Origin: Macrostomum lignano
Taxonomy: Eukaryota
Length of the DNA stretch: 64,000 nucleotides
Direction: 5' to 3'
NCBI GenBank assembly: GCA_002269645.1
Contig: NIVC01003001.1
Coordinates: 62,346-126,345 of the forward strand
In this document: positions 36,101 through 46,985 of the stretch, one piece after another
How positions within the stretch are numbered: the stretch's first letter is position 1
Layout of the letters: each line of letters starts with the position of its first letter
Made by a program: the position numbers and the translations under genes
The notes under the pieces: model-generated
Told to the model about the DNA's origin: nothing
What the model saw: the letters and a program-made list of their open reading frames with translations, nothing else
The model's database searches: none

Positions 36101-38270
36101 CCTGTATTGATCTCAATAGTGACACATACCTGTATTGATCTTAATAGTGACATACCTGTATTGATCTCAATAGTGACACATACCTGTATTGATCTTAATA
36201 GTGACATACCTGTATTGATCTCAATAGTGACACATACCTGTATTGATCTCAATAGTGACACATACCTGTATTGATCTTAATAGTGACACACCTGTATTGA
36301 TCTCAATAGTGACACATACCTGTATTGATCTCAATAGTGACACATACCTGTATTGATCTTAATAGTGACACACCTGTATTGATCTCAATAGTGACACATA
36401 CCTGTATTGATCTCAATAGTGACACATACCTGTATTGATCTTAATAGTGACACACCTGTATTGATCTCAATAGTGACACATACCTGTATTGATCTTAATA
36501 GTGACACACCTGTATTGATCTCAGTGACACATACCTGTATTGATCTCAATAGTGACACACACCTGTATTGATCTCAATGATCCATGCTGTATCACTGAAT
36601 TTGTGCACCATGCCTTTCCACAGTTGATGAAGTCGGACTCCAGTCTGCTGCAGTTTCTCAACGACATGGAAGCCTTCGGTCTGACTGTGGTCGAAGGCGC
36701 TCCCATCGCCGGAACTGAAGGACTTCGGGCGGTCACCGATTTGTGCAACCGCGTGGCCTTCCCCATGGAGACCAACTATGGCACGACCTTCACGGTGAAG
36801 AGCAAGCTGAATCCCAGCAACCTGGCCTACACACCAGCCAGGCTGGGCCTCCACGTAGACTTGCCGTTCTACAAAGACCCACCCGGGGTAAGTCTCTGTG
36901 AAATTTGACAACTACTTCACCAGGGGCTTTAGCACCAGGGGCTTTAGCACCAGGGGCTTTAGCACCAGGGGCTTTAGCATCAGGGGCTTTAGCACCAGGG
37001 GCGCCAGCACCAGGGGCTTTAGCACCAGGGCGCCAGCACCAGGGGCGCCAGCACCAGGGGCTTTAGCACCAGGGGCTTTAGCACCAGGGGCTTTAGCACC
37101 AGGGGCTTTAGCACCAGGGGCTTGCACCAGGGGCGCCAGCACCAGGGGCGCCAGCACCAGGGGCTTTAGCACCAGGGGCGCCAGCACCAGGGGCTTTAGC
37201 ACCAGGGGCTTTAGCACCAGGGGCGCCAGCACCAGGGCTTTAGCACCAGGGGCTTTAGCACCAGGGGCTTTAGCACCAGGGGCGCCAGCACCAGGGGCTT
37301 TAGCACCAGGGGCGCCAGCACCAGGGGCGCCAGCACCAAGGGGCGCCAGCACCAGCAGCACTGCAGCAAGATGCACATGTACAGAAATCGAGAAAGCAGG
37401 CTATAAACTGAAGTACATGTACATGCTCAGTGACAGAATTTGATGAAGATAAATCAGCTTCCTTTCGCAGCACCGCATCTTCATCATCCTACTCAGATCC
37501 AGCTGCTGCACTGCCTCGCCCAGTCCAACAACATCACAGGCGGCGAGAACTTCTTCTCCGATGGCTTCCACGCCGCCAACCTGCTGAAGGTGGCCAACTC
37601 GGACGCGTACAAGATGCTGACAACTCGTCTAGTTGACTTCTACGACTATGGAACTGATCACCTGGCTGACTTCCACATGCTCTGCCGACAGCGGGTCATC
37701 AGGTGAGGACGGCGTGAGAGGGGAGGTCAGTGAGCTCTGCAGTTTTTGTTCTGGCTTCAGCAGGCCTTTCCCTGTTGAGTCATGAAACAATTAACAAAAT
37801 GTACTCAAGCAACTAGTATTGATCCAGGGTTTTCAATCTCAATTAAATTTTATTTCCATCTTTGCTTCAAGAGCTTAAATTTTCTAGCTTTTCCTTGCTG
37901 AAAGAAGAAACTCGTTCTGCCAGAAAAATACAACCCTTCAGGCCCTCGAACGATGCTTGCTCATGACAACATCTAGTCTGAGAAGTTTATTCGAGAATTC
38001 CAGCGCTGTCATGAGCAGAATCCGAGTTGATTTGATCATTAAAGTTCCAATATAATTTATACTTAGCTTAGAAAACCTCAATTTTCCCAACCAAACATTT
38101 CCAGTTTGACCAGTGACGGTGAATACGAGATGATCTGCTACAACAATCAGGTGCGCGACACTTACCTGAACATGCCCGCCGACCAGGTGCAGCTCTTCTA
38201 CGACGCTTTGAAAGCCTTTGACACCTGCTGCATGGGGAGCAGTGCTCAGTTTCTACCAAACTCAAAGAAG
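33150..38270 (+). CDS. BBOX1: Gamma-butyrobetaine dioxygenase-like (two apparent 1-nt frameshifts; last exon not found)
   Basis: Exons 33150-33445, 33983-34168, 36624-36887, 37497-37702, 38105-38270. Motifs: WLRDNCQCSACF, VTWSDGHVSTY..DWL, NLAYTPARLGLHVDLPFY..PPG|IQLLHC (HxD), GGENFFSDGF, YNNQVRDT..NMP.DQVQLFYDALKAF. Basic N-terminus resembles a mitochondrial presequence. Frame breaks near 33391 and 38251. Confidence 0.88.
34335..34705. repeat. 36-bp minisatellite in BBOX1 intron 2
   Basis: Tandem CTCTGCCCCCAAAGTACACTGTAGCTTTCTATAAAT. Confidence 0.88.
35320..36578. repeat. 28-bp minisatellite in BBOX1 intron 2
   Basis: About 45 copies of GTGACACACACCTGTATTGATCTCAATA with 26-bp variants. Confidence 0.95.
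36918..37352. repeat. 15-bp minisatellite in BBOX1 intron 3
   Basis: Mix of AGCACCAGGGGCTTT and AGCACCAGGGGCGCC units. Confidence 0.93.
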
Positions 38271-38512
38271 GTGAGCTCATCATTGTACGTACTTGACGAT
38301 TAGAGAGTCGGGGCCATCACTGCAGAATAACAGGACGTAAAAACCAAAGATTTTTGAAGGCCAATCAATTGTCAATAAAAAAATACACTGCGGAGAGAGG
38401 AACACTTTCTTTTTTTCATCACAAATCAGTGATTACATTTGATCTGTAGCAGTAAAGATTTCCATTCCTTTAAATCAGGATGCACCACGTGGTAAAGTTG
38501 TAAATGCTCTGA

Positions 38513-38797
38513 NNNNNNNNNNNNNNNNNNNNNNNNNNNNNNNNNNNNNNNNNNNNNNNNNNNNNNNNNNNNNNNNNNNNNNNNNNNNNNNNNNNNNNNN
38601 NNNNNNNNNNNNNNNNNNNNNNNNNNNNNNNNNNNNNNNNNNNNNNNNNNNNNNNNNNNNNNNNNNNNNNNNNNNNNNNNNNNNNNNNNNNNNNNNNNNN
38701 NNNNNNNNNNNNNNNNNNNNNNNNNNNNNNNNNNNNNNNNNNNNNNNNNNNNNNNNNNNNNNNNNNNNNNNNNNNNNNNNNNNNNNNNNNNNNNNNN
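38513..38797. other. Assembly gap (285 N)
   Basis: Run of N. Confidence 1.
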
Positions 38798-39428
38798 TAA
38801 ACTGGCAGCCACTCAGATAAACTGGCACCCACTGTAATTAACTGGCAGCCACTCAGATAAACTGGCACCCACTCTAATAAACTGGCAGCCACTCAGATAA
38901 ACTGGCACCCACTCTAATAAACTGGCAGCCACTCAGATAAACTGGCACCCACTCTAATAAACTGGCAGCCACTCAGATAAACTGGCACCCACTCTAATAA
39001 ACTGGCAGCCACTCAGATAAACTGGCATCCACTCTAATAAACTGGCAGCCACTCAGATAAACTGGCACCCACTCTAATAAACTGGCAGCCACTCAGATAA
39101 ACTGGCACCCACTCTAACAAACTGGCAGCCACTCAGATAAACTGGCACCCACTCTAATAAACTGGCAGCCACTCAGATAAACTGGCACCCACTCTAATAA
39201 ACTGGCAGCCACTTTGATAAACTGTCATCCACTCTAATAAACTGGCAGCCACTCAGATAAACTGGCACCCACTGTAGTTAACTGGCAGCCACTCAGATAA
39301 ACTGGCACCCACTCTAATAAACTGGCACCCAATCAGATAAACTGGCACCCAATCAGATAAACTGGCACCTACTCTAATAAACTGGCAGCCACTCAGATAA
39401 ACTGGCACCCACTGTAATTAACTGGCAC
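38798..39428. repeat. 20-bp minisatellite with a 40-bp higher-order dimer
   Basis: Alternating TAAACTGGCAGCCACTCAGA and TAAACTGGCACCCACTCTAA. Confidence 0.95.
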
Positions 39429-39506
39429 CATCCCCCAAAAGACGCCCCCCAATTAAACCCCGGCCTCGCTAGTATAACAAATTATCTCGAACTCTCAAAC
39501 TGTCAG

Positions 39507-42500
39507 CCGCGAATTCAAGCCGGACTCCAGCTGGCCTCACTGCGGCGAGTGCTTCGAGCTTGGCGCCGCCGCGCCGACGCCGCCGACGCCTGGACGGTCG
39601 GCGTCCCGCTGTCCGGCGGCGGCCGCTGGCGAAGCCGTTCAACGCCTACGCAAAGTCAGCCGTGTGCGGCCTGGAGGCACCTGCGGCGAGGACGAATACG
39701 AGGACGGCGAGGAGGCCAACGAGGGAGGCGAGCTCGACGAGTTGCTGGCCTCGCTGCCGAACGACCGGCGCCCGCAGTCACCGAGTCGGCGTCTGCCTCA
39801 GATTCGGGAAGTTTTTCGAGGTAGGCCTAGTTCAAGCAATAGCAGCTCATTCTGCTTGTCTATGGCCCAAACATCGTCATATACTACTATTTCACTACAT
39901 ACTACTATTTCACTACATACTACTATTTCACTACATACTACTATTTCACTACATACTACTATTTCACTACATACTACTATTTCACTACATACTACTATTT
40001 CACTACATACTACTATTTCACTACATACTACTATTTCACTACATACTACTATTCAACTAGATACTACTATTTAACAGCATACTACTATTCAACTAACATA
40101 CTACTAATTGACTACATACTATTATTTCACTACACACAACTATTTCACTACATACTACTATTTCACTACATACTACTATTTCACTACACACAACTATTTC
40201 ACTACATACTACTATTTCACTACACACAACTATTTTACTACATACTACTATTTCATTACATACTACTATTTCACTACATACTACTATTTAATTACATACT
40301 ACTATTTAACTACATACTACTATTCAACTAGATACTACTATTTAACTGCATACTACTATTTAACTACATACTACTATTCAACTAGATACTACTATTTAAC
40401 TAAGATACTACTAATTGACTACATACTATTATTATTTCACTAGACACAACTATTTCACTACATACTACTATTTAACTACATATTACTATTTCACTACACA
40501 CTATTTCACTACATACTACTATTTCACTACATACTACTATTTCACTACATACTACTATTTCACTACATACTACTATTTCAGCGGCAAGCCGCGACCTCCA
40601 CCACCGCCTCGTCGGGGTTCGGTGCTCAGTGGAGGCCTCCCGGCGGCATCTTCCTCGTCGCCGTCGCCGACATTGCCGCTCGGCCAAACAACGACTCTGT
40701 CGCCGCCGCTGCCAACATCGTCAGCGCCGGCGACGAAAGAGAAGCCGCGCCCGCCAGTGAGGTCGACTACATCGGGCAGCCGCACGTCCTATTTCAACGG
40801 AGCCCGACAGGCCGCAGCTGCCGCCGAAACTGCCTCCTTCATCTACCGAAAGTCAGCTACCTCTGCCGCCGAAACTGCCTCCATCATCTACCGAAAGTCA
40901 GCTACCTCTGCCGCCGAAACTGCCTCCATCATCTACCAAAACTCAGCCACCCCTGCCGCCGAAACTGCCTCCATCATCTACCGAAAGTCAGCCACCGCTA
41001 CCGCCGAAACTGCCTCCATCATCTACCAAAACTCAGCCACCTCTGCCGCCGAAACTGCCTCCATCATCTACCGAAAGTCAGCCACCGCTACCGCCGAAAC
41101 TGCCTCCATCATCTACCGAAACTCAGCCACCTCTGCCGCCGAAACTGCCTCCATCATCTACCGAAAGTCAGCTACCTCTGCCGCCGAAACTGCCTCCTTC
41201 ATCTACCGAAACTCAGCCGTCATTGCCACCCAAACTGCCTCCATCATCTGCCACAAATAAGCCAATGCTGCCGCCGAAACTGCCTCCATCATCTACCGAA
41301 AGTCAGCTACCTCTGCCGCCGAAACTGCCTCCATCATCTACCAAAACTCAGCCACCCCTGCCGCCGAAACTGCCTCCATCATCTACCGAAAGTCAGCCAC
41401 CGCTACCGCCGAAACTGCCTCCATCATCTACCGAAACTCAGCCACCTCTGCCGCCGAAACTGCCTCCATCATCTACTGAAACTCAGCCACCGCTACCGCC
41501 GAAACTGCCAGCATCAGCGAACCAGCTGCCTCTGCCACCGAAGCTGCTCGTTTGAGCCAGACAACCAGCCGCCGTTGCCGCCGAAACTGCCGAGCTTGCA
41601 GGTGAGTTTTCAGCCAACTCTGTTCGGCCTCCTGCACCACCCGAACGTGGCTCCATCAGACGTTCTGTGCGGCTACTATCGCAAGGGCTACTACCCGGCA
41701 ACGATGTTAAAGAGGCCAAGCGGTGAGTTGCGTTTGCGTAAGATGCGCGACTGTCGCTACTCTTGCGACTTAATGGCTACTCAATAGCTACTCAATATCT
41801 ACTCAATAGCTACTCAATAGCTACTCAATGGCTACTCAATAGCTACTCGATAGCTACTCAATAGCTACTCAATATCTACTCAATAGCTACTCAATAGCTA
41901 CTCAATAGCTACTCAATAGCTACTCAATAGCTACTCAATAGCACTCAATAGCTACTCAATAGCTACTCAATAGCTACTCAATAGCTACTCAATAGCTACT
42001 CAATAGCCACTCAATATCTACTCAATAGCTACTCAATAGCTACTCAATAGCTACTCAATAGCTACTCAATAGCTACTCAATGGCTACTCAATATCTACTC
42101 AATAGCTACTCAATAGCTACTCAATATCTACTCAATAGCCACTCAATATCTACTCAATAGCTACTCAATAGCTACTCAATATCTACTCAATAGCTACTCA
42201 ATAGCTACTCAATAGCTACTCGATAGCTACTCAATGGCTACTCAATAGCTACTCAATAGCTACTCAATAGCTACTCAATAGCTACTCAATAGCTACTCAA
42301 TAGCTACCCAATAGCTACTCAATAGCTACTCAATAGCTACTCAATAGCTACTCAATAGCTACTCAATAGCTACTCAATAGCTACTCAATAGCTACTCAAT
42401 AGCTACTCAATAGCTACTCAATAGCTACTCGATAGCTACTCAATGGATACTCAATAGCTACTCAATAGCCACTCAATATCTACTCAATAGCCACTCAATA

Positions 42501-45500
42501 GCTACTCAATAGCTACTCGATAGCTACTCAATAGCTACTCAATAGCTCAAAACGCACCAACCCTGCGCAGTCTGATACGACACGCATCGGGCAACGGAGT
42601 TTACATGCTGCGCGGCTTCTGCCAGGGCCAACAGAGCCAGGAGCTGGCCGTCTGCCTTCGCCTCGACGATAAATCTTACAAATTCAGCGTGGAAGCGACG
42701 ACGTCCGGCAGCTGCCAGCAGTTCTGCATCGCCGGCGAGAGCGGCGGCAGGGCGCACGAGACCGTCGAAGCGATGCTGTTCTACCATCATCTGTTCCCCA
42801 TCCTGACTGGCACTGGGATGTCCGATATGCGACTGGCGAGACCCTTTGACTTGGAGTGAGCTGGGCGATGCATGTTCTCATGGATGATTTGTGTTCTCAT
42901 GGGTGACTCGTGTTCTCATGGGTGGCTCGTGTTCTCATGGGTGGCTCGTGTTCTCATGGGTGGCTCGTGTTCTCATGGGTGACTCGTGTTCTCATGGGTG
43001 ACTCGTGTTCTCATGGGTGACTTGTGTTCTCATGGGTGACTTGTGTTCTCATGGGTGACTCGTGTTCTCATGGGTGACTCGTGTTCTAATGGATGACGCA
43101 AATTCTTATAATCCATTCGGTGGTTGTCCTTCTCAGTAGAGACCCTTCGGTTTCTGTATGGTCACTATGGAAGCATGCTGTTAATTACGAATAAAAAAAT
43201 GAAACATGAGAAAATTTTGCTCATAAACAATCGCCAGGAAGGACGCAATTGTCAGCGGTTTGACCGCCGCCTTTTCGGCCAGCCTGTGGCACTACGGAGG
43301 CAAGGCCACCTGCACCGAGTGAGTCATGGAGGCGGGCTGGGCTAGCAGCTGCGTGCTATTATTCAATTTAGACTACTGAGAAAAGTAGACAAGTAGAGAT
43401 TTGAATAGTGAAATCTCTCACTAAGACGAAAAATGCCGCCATAAAAGAAATGACAGAATTACGAGAAGCGTCTGTGCACACCGATAGCGGTGAGAGAGAA
43501 CGACGTGTGGGCTAGGGCTGACTGACGAAGGCGGAAAGCCAGAAACTGGTCTTGATCTGCCTGCGCAAGGTTCAAAACCCCACTTTTAGGGTGTCACATG
43601 CTGGAATTATTAGCAGGGCGGATTAACACAACAGACTTTCGCACCAAAGAATCACACATTAACTCTGATGCGATGGCTCACACTGGGTGTACAGCAGCCC
43701 TGACTTTCTAACCGTCAGGCATGTACAGTCTGTGTGCCGTGGGGGTTGGCCTTCATGGGTAGGGGAATCGCACCCCCCTTTGGACTTTGGACTTTGATAC
43801 GAGTATCAAAAAAGTTGCAGTTCAATGCTATCAGTGCACTGTAGATTCCCGGTTATTCATTGAATCCTTTCAGCGTTCTCGTTGAAGCAGCCGACGGTAC
43901 GTACGCCCTTCGAATGGACTCCTATGACACCACCGTGCTGTGCGTTGTACAAAATGGTCAAGTCATGAAATTTCGCATCGTTGTGACAGCCGGTCAGCCC
44001 GGTAGCGACGAGGTTTGACTCGCTTGACTCATTTTTCTGGAACTTAAACTACGTCTTTAATACTCTACTGGCAGTAGTATCAGAATAATTTTTACCAGAA
44101 ATAGACTTTAATACCATCAGCAGAAGGAAAAACATGCTATAGATTCGCAAAGTAGATTAGCAATCCATTTTATCCTGTAGTATAATATTTGGGAATAGAT
44201 TAGCAATCCATTCTATCCTGTAGTATAATAGGCGGGAATAGATTAGCAATCCATTCTATCCTGTAGTATAATAGGCGGGAATAGATTAGCAATCCATTTT
44301 ATCCTGTAGGATAATAGGTGGGAATAGATTAGCAATCCACAAAACACCCACCCGTCCCACCGCACCGCAGCTGATATTCGCCATCAACTTTCCGAATTCG
44401 AGCAAGTTCAGCAGCATCGAGGAGCTGCTGCTGCACTATCACAAGAATCCCCTGCCAACTAACTCGCTGGGTACATCGGATCTGCTGCTGCGGATTCCTT
44501 TTCAGTTGTCTACGTAAGAATGTTGACCATGATGTCAAGGGCCGCGCTGTACACACTGTGTGAGCGTTGTGTAATGAGAGCGAAATGGGCAGAATTGCCT
44601 CAGCGCCAGGGTCAGAAGCCTCCGAATATTTATTACTATATAAACCGCCTTCAGGAGATGCCAGCACGAACTCAGCCGCCTGGTCAGGCTGCCAGACGAG
44701 CAGGTGATTCGCAGCGGCACGGCTGATTCGGCTGCGGCGAAGTTGAGCCGACACGGCGGCGTCAAGCGCGGCGGTAATTTCTACTTGCATCTGAACAAGG
44801 AGCGCAAGGGCGGAGGCGGAACCCTGCTAGCTATTGCTCCGGATGCGGCCAGCTCAGGGGAGGTGCACCGGTTGCGCCTGGTTACCATGGAGACCGGATT
44901 TATCGGACAACCGCAGGTGATAATTTATTGATTGAGTAGTTCCCCTCGTGATCTAGTTACGGGCGAATTGCTGAGATGTCAAGGCTGAGGTCAGAAGCTA
45001 CATGTAGTTTATTTAAAAACTTGTATTCGTCTACACATACTAGTATAGATATAAACACGTTTGAGTTATATGGTGAGAAGCTCAATGGCTTTCAGCTCAA
45101 CGTGGGGCAAGTCAGTGGAATCCCAGTCTGTGGAATCCTGCAGTCTGTGGAATCCCAGTCTGTGGAATCCTGCAGTCTGTGGAATCCTGCAGTCTGTGGA
45201 ATCCTGCAGTCTGTGGAATCCTGCAGTCTGTGGAATCCTGCAGTCTGTGGAATCCTGCAGTCTGTGGAATCCTGCAGTCTGTGGAATCCTGCAGTCTGTG
45301 GAATCCTGCAGTCTGTGGAATCCTGCAGTCTGTGGAATCCTGCAGTCTGTGGAATCCTGCAGTCTGTGGAATCCTGCAGTCTGTGGAATCCTGCAGTCTG
45401 TGGAATCCTGCAGTCTGTGGAATCCTGCAGTCTGTGGAATCCTGCAGTCTGTGGAATCCTGCAGTCTGTGGAATCCTGCAGTCTGTGGAATCCTGCAGTC

Positions 45501-46455
45501 TGTGGAATCCTGCAGTCTGTGGAATCCTGCAGTCTGTGGAATCCTGCAGTCTGTGGAATCCTGCAGTCTGTGGAATCCTGCAGTCTGTGGAATCCTGCAG
45601 TCTGTGGAATCCTGCAGTCTGTGGAATCCTGCAGTCTGTGGAATCCTGCAGTCTGTGGAATCCTGCAGTCTGTGGAATCCTGCAGTCTGTGGAATCCTGC
45701 AGTCTGTGGAATCCTGCAGTCTGTGGAATCCTGCAGTCTGTGGAATCCTGCAGTCTGTGGAATCCTGCAGTCTGTGGAATCCTGCAGTCTGTGGAATCCT
45801 GCAGTCTGTGGAATCCTGCAGTCTGTGGAATCCTGCAGTCTGTGGAATCCTGCAGTCTGTGGAATCCTGCAAATCCCAGTGGAGTCTGGAATGAAATCCC
45901 ATGGAGCAAAAAATCCACACGTTGAGCCCCTTCCTCTCAGCATCACTGCCCCTCAGCCATTTCATTTCAGACGGGGCGCCACTTTATTTCATAGGGGGCG
46001 CCTCTTTATTTCATAGGGGGGCGCCACTTTGTTTCAGAGGGGGGGGGCGCCACTTCATTTCATAGGGGGGGGGCGCCTCTTCATTTCAAAAGGGGGCGCC
46101 TCTTCATTTCATAGGGGGGCGCCAATTTATTTCAGAGGGGGGCGCCACTTTATTTCATAGGGGGCGCCACTTCATTTCATAGGGGGCGCCACTTCATTTC
46201 ATAGGGGGCGCCACTTCATTTCATAGGGGGGCGCCACTATATTTGAGAGGGGGGCACCACTTCATTTCATAGGGGGGCGCCACTTCATTTCAGGGGGGCA
46301 CCACTTCATTTCATAGGGGGGCGCCACTTCATTTCAGGGGGGCACCACTTCATTTCAGTGGGGGCGCCACTTGATTTGATGGGCGTCATGTACTTTTACA
46401 GCCAGACGAGCATGCTCTCCTGTCTAAGCCCCATTTATGGCGTTCTGATCAATGA
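39507..46455 (+). CDS. Pro-rich adaptor-like protein with up to three divergent SH2 domains (5' end missing; frame breaks in the Pro-rich exon)
   Basis: Exons 39507-39820, 40582-41722, 42546-42855, 43238-43318, 43874-44012, 44371-44513, 44655-44916, 46402-46455. From 41722 onward all junctions are phase-consistent. SH2-like segments: NGVYMLR..ELAVCLRLDDKSYKFSV..HETVEAMLFYHHLFP; WHYGG..DGTYALR..TVLCVVQNGQVMKFRI..KFSSIEELLLHYHKNPLP..LLLRIP; and, more weakly, GNFYLH..LLAI..GEVHRLRLV. Confidence 0.68.
39878..40580. repeat. 18-bp minisatellite (intronic)
   Basis: Tandem TACTACTATTTCACTACA. The last unit runs into the TATTTCAG acceptor. Confidence 0.95.
40810..41595 (+). repeat. 45-bp tandem repeat, probably coding (PPKLPPSSTESQPPL)n
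   Basis: One frame is open from ~40760 to 41552 and gives PPLPPKLP units. Terminal diverged copies differ synonymously (CCACCGAAGCTG, CCGTTGCCG), suggesting protein-level constraint. Confidence 0.7.
41765..42545. repeat. 11-bp minisatellite (intronic)
   Basis: About 70 copies of GCTACTCAATA. The last AATAG is the predicted acceptor. Confidence 0.96.
42870..43092. repeat. 19-bp minisatellite (intronic)
   Basis: Tandem TGTTCTCATGGGTGACTCG. Confidence 0.92.
44152..44338. repeat. 43-bp minisatellite (intronic)
   Basis: About 4.3 copies of AATAGATTAGCAATCCATTCTATCCTGTAGTATAATAGGCGGG. Confidence 0.9.
45112..45875. repeat. Nearly perfect 17-bp minisatellite
   Basis: About 44 copies of GTCTGTGGAATCCTGCA. 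Confidence 0.98.
45960..46382. repeat. ~21-bp G-run minisatellite
   Basis: Tandem GGGGGCGCCACTTCATTTCATA with variable G-runs. Confidence 0.9.
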
Positions 46456-46811
46456 CCTGAAATGACACACTGGGTGGGATTACCTGTGGTTGAGGATATT
46501 AAAATCCCATAATTTAAAACTTTCTCAGTCACTGCCTGATATTTGAACCAAAATATGACAGAAATTCGTGCACGTTGAAGACAAACCGGAGCTGGCCGCC
46601 CTAAGCCTGGACAGACTTGTTCACATCCTGTGCGCCAATCCCAGCTGCCTGCCGCAAGGATTCCCACGACTGTACATGAAACAGTGAACATGAAGCTCAT
46701 GCTGCCTGCGGCTTGGTCGGGGCAGCTGAAACTTACTTTATCTATTCAAATTGTTCTTTAATGATATTGCCAAGACAAGATGACTTAGCCTGCAGTACGT
46801 GCCTGTCTCTC

Positions 46812-46985
46812 CCTGCATCTCTCCCAGCTGCATCTCTCCCAGCTGCATCTCTCCCAGCTGCATCTCTCCCAGCTGCATCTCTCCCAGCTGCATCTCTCCC
46901 AGCTGCATCTCTCCCAGCTGCATCTCTCCCAGCTGCATCTCTCCCAGCTGCATCTCTCCCAGCTGCATCTCTCCCAGCTGCATCG
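46812..46985. repeat. 15-bp minisatellite
   Basis: Tandem GCATCTCTCCCAGCT. Confidence 0.95.

Noticed and set aside
35320-36578. 28-31-bp repeat arrays as possible CRISPR arrays
   Set aside because: Units are head-to-tail with no unique spacers, there are no cas genes, and the context is eukaryotic introns.
38426-38892. ORFs containing X runs
   Set aside because: Artefacts of the N gap.
41602-41613. Apparent 12-nt intron GTGAGTTTTCAG
   Set aside because: Too short for splicing and reads through in frame as VSFQ. It could still serve as an alternative donor or acceptor.
45061-46016. Six long ORFs on both strands
   Set aside because: Translations of a stop-free 17-bp tandem repeat inside an intron.
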